This document shows positions 1-9,556 of a stretch of DNA of 64,000 nt, one piece after another. The DNA is from an uncultured bacterium. Its GTDB lineage: Bacteria > Margulisbacteria > WOR-1 > CAVSGV01. The stretch is taken from the NCBI GenBank assembly GCA_963768305.1, contig CAVYHE010000008.1:1-64000 (forward strand), read 5' to 3'. Each line of letters starts with the position of its first letter. The first letter of the stretch is position 1. The notes beneath the pieces were generated by a model. The model was not told where the DNA came from, searched no databases, and saw nothing but the letters and a program-made list of their open reading frames with translations. The translations under genes were made by a program, and so were the position numbers.

Positions 1-253
1 GTCCAAAGTATGTTTTTGATATTTTCCACAAAGTTTCAGTAAAAATCTTTCAAATTGCGATCTGTGCAACGCCTGCGTTGAAGCATGCGTCAAAAAAGGC
101 TCAAACGGCTAAAAGTAAATGGTTCAGATGAAGATTTCATATTTGAAGTAGAAAGCTGGGGCCAAGCTTACCTGGAAGAAGATTTCTGAAAAGCTGTTTC
201 AGCCTTGGGGAAAAAATTTGAAGGAACTTGCAAAGATATTAGAAAAGCTCTAA
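1..253 (+). CDS. rpo3: Archaeal RNA polymerase subunit Rpo3 (RpoD), C-terminal fragment, error-rich
   Basis: Manual translation across indels gives the ferredoxin-like CDLCNACVEAC and FIFEVESWGQ; lies upstream of rpl18e as in archaea. Confidence 0.75.
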
Positions 254-352
254 ATTCTCCTCATAATAATAGTGACTCTCTCAAGGAGGGGGTGACACTA
301 ACTAGAGGAAAGGGTGACATGCCAGGGGAAACCTGGTGTTTCCCATACGTAA

Positions 353-458
353 GCGGGGATGCCGGAGCGGTCAAACGGGATGGCTAAGGACTGAAAAATA
401 ATTTCAGAAAGAAACCATATGGCTTATAGGCTTTGAGGTTCGATTCCTGTGTTCTGCA
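353..458 (+). tRNA. Archaeal-type tRNA-Leu, probably intron-containing, error-rich
   Basis: GCGGGGATGCCGGAGCGGTCAAACGGG 5' end, GGTTCGATTCC T-arm; extra hairpin ctgaaa-aataa-tttcag after the anticodon region. Confidence 0.55.
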
Positions 459-527
459 TAATCATAGGTTCAGATCAAAGACCCTGTTCAGGTTCAGCGT
501 CGTTAAGGCTCAACATATAAACAAAAA

Positions 528-892
528 ATGACAATAAGCAAACAACATTGAAAAACAAAACTAAGGAGAAAATCAAATCCTAATATGATTCAGTTAGTCA
601 CATTTCTCAGAAAACAGTCTCCTTTTTGGTACAAGGTTTCAGAATATCTTGTAAAGCCAAAAAAAGAAAGGCAATTTCAGTCAATATAGAAAAGATAAAT
701 AAGGTTGCAAAGCCAAATTCAATAATCTTGGTTCCAGGAAAATCTTTTCAGAAGGAGAATTCACAAAAAGTATTATAATATCTGCATTTTCCTTTTGAAA
801 TAACTTGCAAAAAAGAAATTATCAAAGGCAAAAATCATAAGCATTGAGAATTTAGCAAAGAAAACAAAAAAGGAGATAATATCTCAATTATA
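528..892 (+). CDS. rpl18e: Archaeal ribosomal protein eL18, frameshift-ridden (ends approximate)
   Basis: Fragments ISVNIEKINK, IILVPGK, SAFSF; gene order. Confidence 0.65.
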
Positions 893-898
893 ATTTAA

Positions 899-1300
899 AT
901 GGCAGAAATAACAATTGATGCGACAGGAGCAGCATCTAAATATTAGCGACTTTTGCCGCAAAAAGCGCATTGCTTGGAAAGCAGGTTATAATAATCAATT
1001 GCAATGATGTCGTAATAACTGGAAAAAAGCATGCAATTGTTGAAGTTTACAAAGTAAAGATAAAGAAAGGGCAGGATATGCCCAAAAGGGACCTTATATT
1101 CCAAGGACTGTTGACAGATTAGTGAGAAGAACAATAAGAGGCATGCTTCCATGGAATATAACAAGAGGAAGAGATGCCTTCAAAAAGATAAAATGCTTTA
1201 GATGAGGCTCCGCAGGAATTTGCGAATCAGGAAAAATAATCCGGTTTCCGAAAGCAAAACGCCTTATATTTCAATGGCTGAATTTATCGAATCAATATAC
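899..1300 (+). CDS. rpl13: Archaeal ribosomal protein uL13, frameshift-ridden (end approximate)
   Basis: MAEITIDATGA, LATFAAK, GPY, RGMLPW, RGRDAFKKIKC. Confidence 0.75.
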
Positions 1301-1730
1301 ACGAAACCCAAAAAAGCAAAAATAACTGTAAAAAGCTCAATCTTTAATCGTTCCAGGAAAAAGAAAGACCGCGATAGCAAAAGCGACAATAAATGCCGGA
1401 ACTGGAATAATCAAGGTAAATAAAAAGCCAGTTGAAATTTATCCTTATTTTCAGAAATTAACCCTGCTTGAGCCGATAAGAATCGCGCAGGAGATATTCA
1501 AAGAGCTTCCTTGTCACGGTAGCAGTTGTTGTCAGGGTGGTGGAGTAGAAGCACAGGCAGAAGCTGCAGCTGGATGTCTGCGAGCTCTGTCGCATTCACC
1601 AAAGTGAGCAGAATTAAACACTGATATCTTGCCTATGACAGGAACATGCTTGTTGCAGATGTAAGAAGAAGAGGTCTACAAGCCTGGAGACAGCAGAGCA
1701 AGGGCAGCAAGGCAGAGTCTGATTGTTAAA
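1300..1730 (+). CDS. rps9: Archaeal ribosomal protein uS9, frameshift-ridden (ends approximate)
   Basis: KRKTAIAKATINAGTGIIKVNKKP, GGGVEAQAEAA, AYDRNMLVADVRR, KPGDSRARA. Confidence 0.8.
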
Positions 1731-1766
1731 GATAAAGTTTAAAACACCAAAAAAACAAACAAAAAC

Positions 1767-1897
1767 ATGATAATACCAGTAAGATGTTTCACATGCGGAA
1801 AACCAATTGGTCACCTGTGGAAGAATTCAAGAAAAGAACAGCCGCAGGCGAGGAAGTAGGCAAGGTCCTGGATGTATTTGGGCTGAAGATATTGCTG
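1767..1897 (+). CDS. rpo10: Archaeal RNA polymerase subunit Rpo10 (RpoN), truncated at junction
   Basis: [18 protein letters not shown] signature. Confidence 0.85.
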
Positions 1898-1907
1898 GAG
1901 CTACAGT

Positions 1908-2125
1908 TTTCTTAGGTTTTTACTCATGAGATGTTTCAGTTCACCTGGTCGTCTTCCCGACTTGCGTCGGGATTCCTGTAGATTAATACAGGATGGTTTC
2001 CCAATTCGGAAATCCCCGGATCACAGCTAGTTTGACAGCTCCCCGAGGCATATCGTCGCCACTCACGTCCTTCATCGACTTGCAGTGCCAAGGTATTCCC
2101 CATGCGCCCTTATTATCTTTGATCC
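1908..2125 (-). rRNA. rrl: 23S rRNA, 5' ~220 nt only (truncated)
   Basis: Minus strand contains CCTTGGCA..GATGAAGGACGTG..CGATATGCCTCGGGGAGCTG..GATCCGGGGATTTCCGAAT..GAACTGAAACATCT, typical of the bacterial 23S 5' domain. Confidence 0.93.
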
Positions 2126-2218
2126 ATTCCGCTAATTATACAAATATCTTTCGCTAAGACGCTTGTTCTTACTTTGACATGGTCATTCCATCCAGGCGGC
2201 TCGCCCGGTAAGAATGAC

Positions 2219-2238
2219 CTATTCAGTTTTCAACGATC
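2219..2238 (-). promoter_or_regulatory. boxA-like rRNA antitermination sequence
   Basis: GATCGTTGAAAACTGAATAG about 100 nt upstream of 23S. Confidence 0.6.
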
Positions 2239-2307
2239 CCGGCCGTTCTTTGGCCCTTATTACAGACAAAAAAAACGCACATCAAGTGCGTTTTCAACTT
2301 TGATGCG

Positions 2308-2718
2308 TTAAAGGAAAAAACTAAGTTGTCGTTTCCTGCATATTGCGAGGGTAATTATACTGGTATGCCGAATATTGTCAAGAGGATTTTTAGTGGACCG
2401 GAGCGGATCCTCCCGATACCTTACAATATAATCAATGTGTTTCGGGATCCGACCAGAGGTCGGGAGAACCGCTGAACTTTTAATCAAATTTTCGATATAC
2501 TTTCTGCTCTTTTGACTCTTAATATAATATTCTCGTTTTCTTGCAAGAGAAGCATTGTCATATTCTTCTTTATAAACAACTTCAAAGGGACTCCAATGCT
2601 TAATACTTTTTGTCCTGCCACTGTTATGCTGTCCCAACCTTCTTGTTAAATCATTAGTATAGCCAACATAATATCGGCCGTTTCTTAGACTCTTGAGGAT
2701 GTAAACAAAATACTTCAT
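2308..2718 (-). CDS. Small stand-alone GIY-YIG nuclease (YhbQ/UPF0213-like)
   Basis: MKYFVYILKS..YYVGYTNDLTRRLGQHN..ARKREYYIK; start placed at ATG 2718 because the upstream part of the ORF is the tRNA; C-terminal tail runs through palindromes. Confidence 0.88.
   Translation of the reverse strand: MKYFVYILKSLRNGRYYVGYTNDLTRRLGQHNSGRTKSIKHWSPFEVVYKEEYDNASLARKREYYIKSQKSRKYIENLIKSSAVLPTSGRIPKHIDYIVRYREDPLRSTKNPLDNIRHTSIITLAICRKRQLSFFL
2354..2381 (-). promoter_or_regulatory. Consensus sigma70 promoter for the 23S rRNA
   Basis: TTGACA-16 nt-TATAAT on minus strand. Confidence 0.8.
2394..2478 (-). pseudogene. 3' half of a tRNA-Ala with a 56-nt palindromic insertion in the T-loop
   Basis: AGTTC-AGCGG-TTC-[2465..2410]-GAT-CCGCT-CCGGTCC-A. 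Confidence 0.7.
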
Positions 2719-2744
2719 ATGTAAACTCGCCAATCGAAATTTTT

Positions 2745-2817
2745 TGGAGCTGACCGGAATCGAACCGGTGACCTCCTGCTTGCAAAGCAGGCGTTCTCCC
2801 AACTGAACTACAGCCCC
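2745..2817 (-). tRNA. tRNA-Ala(TGC)
   Basis: Complete cloverleaf GGGGCTG...CCTGC-TT-TGC-AA-GCAGG...CAGCTCCA. Confidence 0.97.
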
Positions 2818-3223
2818 ATCACACAACTGACCTCCCCGATCTATCGGGGCGTTCTCCCAACTGAACTACAGCCCCATCACACAACTGACCTCCCCGATCT
2901 ATCGGGGCGTTCTCCCAACTGAACTACAGCCCCATCACACAACTGACCTCCCCGATCTATCGGGGCGTTCTCCCAACTGAACTACAGCCCCATCACACAA
3001 CTGACCTCCCCGATCTATCGGGGCGTTCTCCCAACTGAACTACAGCCCCATCACACAACTGACCTCCCCGATCTATCGGGGCGTTCTCCCAACTGAACTA
3101 CAGCCCCATCACACAACTGACCTCCCCGATCTATCGGGGCGTTCTCCCAACTGAACTACAGCCCCATCACACAACTGACCTCCCCGATCTATCGGGGCGT
3201 TCTCCCAACTGAACTACCGGCCC
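2791..3223 (-). repeat. Tandem array of 7 identical 58-bp tRNA-Ala-derived units plus a partial variant unit
   Basis: Period 58 (starts 2791, 2849 ... 3197); unit on minus strand GGGGCTGTAGTTCAGTTGGGAGAACG-CCCCGATAGATCGGGG-AGGTCAGTTGTGTGAT. Confidence 0.95.
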
Positions 3224-3240
3224 AAAACCTTAATAACCTG

Positions 3241-3269
3241 ATTTTACTTCATGCGTTTTGCTGTTGCAA
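3241..3269 (-). promoter_or_regulatory. sigma70-type promoter upstream of the array/tRNA-Ala/GIY-YIG
   Basis: TTGCAA-17 nt-TAAAAT ending ~18 nt before the first GGGCCGG. Confidence 0.6.
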
Positions 3270-3303
3270 GACAAAGCTGTCGATGTAATAATAAAGTCCA
3301 CAA

Positions 3304-5502
3304 ATGGACCGCATCAACAGATATTTGCCGGTGATTATTTTGCTCTTCGTGGTCATCTTCCACGCGGGCATGCTTCTCCCCGAACTGACGGGAGGTTCCC
3401 CCGACCTTAACGACGACACATTCCATTATTCCCTCTGCGTATCAATGCAGAACGAGATAGAGCACCACGGGAATCCCGCTGGACCACTGGGTCCCCTACT
3501 GGAGCATGGGTTTTCCGGTATTCCATCATTACCAGCACTTCCCCCATCTGGTCGTGGTCCTATTATATAATATACTGCTTAGGAAACTTTCGCTCTTCTT
3601 CGTCTACCATTTAGTCAGGTACATGCTCTTTGTCCTCTACCCCCTGATATTGTATTTCAGCCTGCGGAAAATGGGATTTTCACGGCTGTCCTCCTCCTGC
3701 GTCTCTCTTTTTTCTTTCGCGCCCGTAAATGTCAACGGATACGGATTTGAACTCCAGGCGTTCACCTGGCGCGGATCGGGCATGTTCAGCCAGTTATGGG
3801 CGATGTGCCTCCTGCCATTGACCTTTAGTTACACATATATAGCGATAAAAGAGAATCGCGGATATTTCATGTCGGTGATCCTGTTGTTCATGCTGACAAA
3901 TTCGCAGGTGATGTTCGGGCTCTTCGCGGGGATAACCCTTCTTCTTTTCCTTTTCATGGACCTCCAGCCTGATAAAATTTTAGAAAGGGCTAAAAGATTG
4001 GCCGTCATCCTTGTCTGGTTCTGCCTGATAAGCGCGTATTTTTTGGTCCCGGCCAGGTCGACGGCGCGTATCAGGCGCACAGCTCTTATGATTTTCCCGA
4101 AAAATGGGACTCCTACGGCGCCAACTACGTTATCACGCAATTCGTAAGCGGGAATCTCCTGGATAACGCCCGCCTGCCCTGTCCTGACCGTGCTGTCAGT
4201 GTTCGGATTGCTTTTTTCCCTTTCGAGGAGATCGTTCAAATACAGATGGGCGGGCGCCAGCTTTATCCTGTGGTTCCTGCTGTATTTCGGGAGGCCGACA
4301 TGGGGATTCCTTATCGATATCCTTCCGCTTAGCGACCAGCTTCACCTTCACCGCATCATCGCGCTGGTCCATTTTTTCAGCATTATCATGGCGGGGCTTG
4401 CTCTTGCCGCGGTATTCACCGCGATAAAGAACCGGTCAAATATCATCCTTGCTATTATATTTTTGCTTATAATGGCCGCCCCGGTTTACTGGTATGAATT
4501 CGATAACCTTCGGCTGAATAACAAATGGATATATGAGAACGCTAACGCATACAAAACGGAAAAAAAGTATTTTGAACCGATGCTGGAACGGATAAAAGAA
4601 TTGCCTCCCGGCCGTGTCCATCCCGGAAGAAGGGCGAACTGGGGCAGCACCTTCAAGATAGGCCAGACCGCGGTCTTTTATTTCCTGTCGCCGGCCCAGA
4701 TCCCCGCATTGAGCTATCTTCCATTTTCGTGGGCGTTGGACGGGGATTTTGAAGAGAATTTCCATGAAGGACCGGCTGTCGCATTACGATCTTTTCAATA
4801 TAAAATATCTTCTGTCGGACGACAAGAAAACTTTTCCTTCGTTCGCGAAAGAAATAAAACGTTCCGGACGCTTCCGCCTCTACGCTGTCCCGACAACGGG
4901 ATATTTCGACCTGGTGGAGTCCCCTATCGCGGTTTACGGCGATAAAAATTCGATCTGGGCGCTCATGCTTTTATGGGAGCGCAGCGACCTACCGGATAAA
5001 AAGCAGATGATGACCGTCTTTTTTGACAGAAAACCGCATCCGGGATACGAAGACTATCTCTTGATGAAGGACAGATGGGATTATTATCAGCTGTCCGCAT
5101 CGGACATGGAAAACGCAAAGGTCACCGAGCCGCAGAGAGAACCCATCAATGTTTTCAACGTGGCGGATCCTTTGAAAGCCGCAAGATATCAGCCTGTTTC
5201 TCCTGGATCGATAATATCCGAAGTGGCCGGCAAGAACGAGTTTTCATGCAAAGCGGGAGCGGAGCAGAGATTGCTTCCTCATCTTTAAAATGACTGCTCA
5301 CAAGGGCTGGCACGCGTATATTGACGGAAAAGAAGTTAAAAATGAGATACTTGCTCCCATGATGAACGGCGTGAGCATGACAAAAGGCGTCCATGACATT
5401 AAATTCATATATCGCGCGCAATGGTGGAAAAATTATCTTGTTCTGCTGGCGATAGCAAGCTTGATCGCGCTCTTTTTCTGGGATAGGAATAACCATGGAT
5501 AA
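3304..5502 (+). CDS. Polytopic GT-C-like membrane protein (YfhO/PTPS-related type), split by ~4 frameshifts
   Basis: Five overlapping ORFs; DLNDDTFH, GFPVFHHYQ, many TM segments, YfhO-like C-terminus GWHAYIDG..GVHDIKFIY. Confidence 0.7.
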
Positions 5503-7208
5503 AAAACAGATATTGATCTTTGCGGCGGTTTTATTGGCCGCTTTCCTGCTGCGACTGTATTTCATCCCTTCACCCGGATATGAACGCGATGTCCAGCTCT
5601 TCAAGATATGGGGGCAGACGGCTGCACAGAACGGCGTACATAATATATATGATAAAACCTGGTGCGACTATCCCCCCGCTTACATATATATGCTCAAAGG
5701 GATAAGCTCGTTCTATTCCCTGTTCCATCCGGATTTCAAGGAACACACATATTTATATGATCTGCTGCTCAAGCTGCCGGCGATCTTCTCCGATCTTCTT
5801 CATTTCCTGCCTGATCTTTTTCATGATAAGCAATAAATTTACTTTCCGCTCCCGCATCATCTTTATGTCGGCCTTCGCCTTCAACCCGGTGATCGTTTTT
5901 GATTCCGTTTACTGGGGCCAGATCGATTCCGTAACAATGCTTGTGACATTATTGTCCGTCCTGGCGCTGACCAGGAACAGATATTATCTGTCGTGGGCGC
6001 TTATAGCGCTTGCGATATTGATCAAAAGCCAGATGATAATACTTTTGCCCATCATCATTTTGATCACATGGAAAAGATGCGGATTCAGGACATTAATGGG
6101 GGGATTCGCCGCTTTCTGGGCTTCTTTCCTTTTCATATTGTCCCCTTTCTTTTATTTCCATACGGTCGATCGGATCATCAACGTGTTCGCGAGCTCCGTA
6201 GGCAGATACCCGAACGTATCCATGAACGCGTTCAATTTCTGGTGGCTGATAAGCAAAGGTAACGGCAGGAATTTCTGGGATGGGGAAAGGTTCCTGAACC
6301 TTTTCGCTCTCAAAACCATCGGTTCGATCTTTTTGCTTGCGTTCATGGTCGTGCTTCTGAAATATCTTTTTGATGAAGAAAGAAACGAAAAGGCGGTCTT
6401 CCTTTCCTGCGCGCTGGCGCTTTTCTCGTTCTTCATGCTGCCCACGGAAATGCATGAGCGGTACATCCTGCCGGTATTCGCTTTCCTTTTGCTTGCCGCG
6501 GCCGACGATCTGCCCCTGCAAATATCATACGGCATACTTTCATTTACCGGATTTTTCAATCTCGCGATCGTGCTTTCCTGGGCGTATCCGAACAATGTTC
6601 CTCTGATCGGAAAATTATTCCCCGGCCATTTCATGGATATTTCGGCCAGCATCATAAATTTTGGCTTGCTGGCCTTATTTATATGCCTGATATCAAAAGA
6701 AACTTTTAAGAAAATTAAAATTGAATATTTTATTTATGCGCTTTTCGCGATAATCCTGATCCTGTCGGCCATTTATTCCTTTAAACTGTCCCGCACCGTC
6801 TATCTAAGCGACATGGAGATGAGAGAGAACAGGCAGGACTGGGGCTCCGTGCAAACAGATAAAAGTATCGACAAGAACCGGCTGTCGGTGGGCGGCTTCC
6901 TTTATTCAAAAGGAATAGGCACGCACGCGAATTCGACCATCAAATATATCCTTGACGGGAATTACGGATTTTTGGAGGGGTCCTGCGGGCTGGATGACGA
7001 ACAGAACAAAGGCAACAAGATCGAATGTCTTATTTACGCCGATGAAAAAATGATCTATGACAGCGGGATATTCTGGGGATATTTGAACCCGCATTATTTT
7101 AAGGTCCCGGTAAAAGGGGTAAAAGAGATAAAGCTTGTGGTGAAGGACGGCGGTGACGGGATAAACTGCGATCACGCGGACTGGCTTGAAGTCAAAGCGA
7201 TACCTTAA
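5495..7208 (+). CDS. GT-C fold glycosyltransferase with C-terminal NPCBM/NEW2 carbohydrate-binding domain (frameshift ~5800)
   Basis: CDYPP, WGQIDS, MHERY motifs; C-terminal YLSD..QDWG..KGIGTHANS..DGGDGINCDHADW. Confidence 0.82.
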
Positions 7209-7212
7209 GTTC

Positions 7213-7911
7213 TTACCTTAAGTCCCAATAAAGCTTTAGAATTTCTCTCATCGCCCTCAATATGACCTTTATGTTCCCTCCGGTTGGCTTTCCGCCCGTT
7301 CTCGGGAAATGATGCACGCCGATCTCCTTGATCTTGAAGCCTTTCCTTTTGGCCCGAACAAGAAGTTCCGTGCTGATGATGGCCCCGTCGGACCTGAGTT
7401 CATTGCCCTTGATGACTTCTTTTTTCATCAGCTTAAAGGCGCAGTCAATGTCCTTCACCCAGACATTGAACAGGATGCCGACTGCAAGACGCAGCATTGA
7501 AGCGAAAAGGATCCGATGCCAGGGGTCGTTCCTTTTTAATCTGTATCCAATGACCAAATCCGCTTCATTAATGTGCGGTAAAAGCAGTTTTATCTCTGAA
7601 ATATCGAACTGGCCGTCGCCGTCCGTGAAGAAGATCAGGCCTTTTTTTGCACTTGCGAATCCGGTCTTAAGGGCCGCGCCATAGCCCAGATTTTTCTGAT
7701 GGTGGACAACCCTGACGTTTTTATTGTCTTTAGCAAGCTGGTCGCATATTTCCGGGGTCTTGTCTCTGCTGCCGTCATCGACAATAATGATCTCGTGGTC
7801 GCCGGCGACTTCCGGAATGACCGAAACCGCGCGGTCAACAGTGGCTTTTATGGTATTTTCCTCATTATATGCGGGAAAAAAGACCGAAAGACCGAAATAA
7901 TTGTTTGACAA
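7213..7911 (-). CDS. GT2 polyprenol-phosphate glycosyltransferase (DPM1-like)
   Basis: PAYNEE, IIVDDGSRD, NLGYGAA, FTDGDGQ, DIDCAFK. Confidence 0.92.
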   Translation of the reverse strand: MSNNYFGLSVFFPAYNEENTIKATVDRAVSVIPEVAGDHEIIIVDDGSRDKTPEICDQLAKDNKNVRVVHHQKNLGYGAALKTGFASAKKGLIFFTDGDGQFDISEIKLLLPHINEADLVIGYRLKRNDPWHRILFASMLRLAVGILFNVWVKDIDCAFKLMKKEVIKGNELRSDGAIISTELLVRAKRKGFKIKEIGVHHFPRTGGKPTGGNIKVILRAMREILKLYWDLR

Positions 7912-7967
7912 GATAATGATATTATAGTATAAAACACCATATACGGCAACGATAGAAGCCCAACTGA

Positions 7968-9392
7968 ATGAAAAAAATTAAAAATATATCGCCGTGTAAA
8001 GTGGTGCGCAAAAATTTTCTTTCTGACAAGAAATTTTTGTGCAGGGGCTTGTTTACTTTTATATTATTTCCCTGCCTGATCCTCCTTATTATGTTCTTTG
8101 CCCTGCATGGAGCGTGTTATTCCGAATTATCCGACAAGCAATATTTTGATAAGGCAACTACCTCATACCTAATGGGGAATTTGGACACGGCGCTGGAAGA
8201 GCTTCAAGCCGCAATAAATATAAACCCAAAAAATACGGCAGCGCAGGAGCTGAAGAAGATAGTTCTTAAGGAAAAAGCCGCGCAGGCCCTGGAGTCCGTG
8301 CCTGCGCCCCTGCCTGCATACGTGCCCGCTCCTGCCCGGGCCGCAAAACCGATATGGGAACAAAATCCTTTGCTCGCGAAGATCAAAAATTTCAGGCAGG
8401 ACGTTCTTGACGTGCCTATCCAGGTCTACCTTATTGCAAGTCTGACAACGTTCTTTGTGATCTTTTTGTTATTTCTGATCATGGCTAATATGAGAAGGAT
8501 CCCGAAAAAAGGGCCTTTGATCTGTTTTAACTGCAAATCCGAGCTTTTGCCGAACGAAGAGGTCTGCCCGTACTGCGGCTCAAGGGCCGGTTTCAAGACC
8601 TGGCATACTATCTCCGAAGACCAAAAGAGCTGGTATTATAAGGTGGGCTGGAAAAAGAACCCGTTCACCATGGACATCCATCCCGAGCTTTTTGTCGGCT
8701 ACAAGAACGAGGTCAAGCAAATACTGGAAAAGATAAGGAGCGGCAGCGGCCATATATTGATCACGGGACCTCTTGGGATAGGCAAGACCATTCTCTTGAG
8801 ATGGCTGTCGCTTTCACTGCCCAATGAATTCCTCACTGTATACGTCGCGCGGCCTCCTCAGGAATTCCCTCATCTTATAAAATTTCTAATGGAGAGTCTG
8901 GGCATTCCGAAGTCCAAAAGCGAATCATATTATGACATTAATAATATAGATCAATTCCGGAAGAAGAGCAAGAAAAAGCTGGTCATTTGTCTGGATGAAG
9001 CCCATGAATTTTCTGTTGAAATAGAAAGGCCTCTCAGGACGCTTGGAGATATGGACGGGGTAAGCCTGGTCATGGCGGGCCTGCCGGAAACCGTGGATAA
9101 GCTGAAGTCCGAGATCAAGCCGCTCTATGAGCGTCTGGTGCTGCAGGTTCCGCTGAAAAGCATTCCTCTTGAAGACATGAAAGACCTGCTTAGAGCGAGA
9201 ATAGCCGATGCCGGCGGGAAACAAATGCATCCTTTCACCTCTTCGGCGATCGAGAAGATACATGAAAGCTCAAAGGGCATCCCCAGGGTCGCGATAAAGC
9301 TTTGCGACGCGGCGGTGACGAAGGCCATTAACCAGAATGAAGATAAAATTGACGCCTCATTGATCGACTTGAGTTTCAGCTTCGGCACTTGA
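7968..9392 (+). CDS. TPR-TM-zinc ribbon-AAA+ ATPase (ExeA/GspA-like), paralog 1
   Basis: Hydrophobic N-terminus, one TPR, Pro/Ala linker, TM, CFNC..CPYCG, NPF, Walker A GPLGIGKT, Walker B CLDEAH, GIPR. Confidence 0.85.
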   Translation: MKKIKNISPCKVVRKNFLSDKKFLCRGLFTFILFPCLILLIMFFALHGACYSELSDKQYFDKATTSYLMGNLDTALEELQAAININPKNTAAQELKKIVLKEKAAQALESVPAPLPAYVPAPARAAKPIWEQNPLLAKIKNFRQDVLDVPIQVYLIASLTTFFVIFLLFLIMANMRRIPKKGPLICFNCKSELLPNEEVCPYCGSRAGFKTWHTISEDQKSWYYKVGWKKNPFTMDIHPELFVGYKNEVKQILEKIRSGSGHILITGPLGIGKTILLRWLSLSLPNEFLTVYVARPPQEFPHLIKFLMESLGIPKSKSESYYDINNIDQFRKKSKKKLVICLDEAHEFSVEIERPLRTLGDMDGVSLVMAGLPETVDKLKSEIKPLYERLVLQVPLKSIPLEDMKDLLRARIADAGGKQMHPFTSSAIEKIHESSKGIPRVAIKLCDAAVTKAINQNEDKIDASLIDLSFSFGT

Positions 9393-9482
9393 TATCCCCT
9401 CACCTTCTGATAAAATATTATTGATTTTCTTGTCTTTGAGTTTATCGAAGGACTTGCCCTTCGCAACTCTGAGAGCAAAAAA

Positions 9483-9555
9483 GGGCCATTAGCTCAGATG
9501 GTAGAGCGTACCCCTGATAAGGGTAAGGTGGTTGGTTCGATCCCAACATGGCCCA
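9483..9555 (+). tRNA. tRNA-Ile(GAT)
   Basis: Cloverleaf with ACCCC-T-GAT-AA-GGGT anticodon region. Confidence 0.96.
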
Positions 9556-9556
9556 T

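Noticed and set aside
275..345. Structured RNA (CCAGG-GGAAA-CCTGG hairpin, GAGGAAAG) in the archaeal block
   Set aside because: Too short and error-rich to assign; RNase P/SRP consensus not completed.
1955..1972. Palindrome insertion in 23S (TCCCGAC-GCAA-GTCGGGA)
   Set aside because: Consistent with a normal variable rRNA helix capped by a GNRA tetraloop.
2791..3223. CRISPR array
   Set aside because: Units are identical with no unique spacers, are tRNA-derived, and no cas genes are present.
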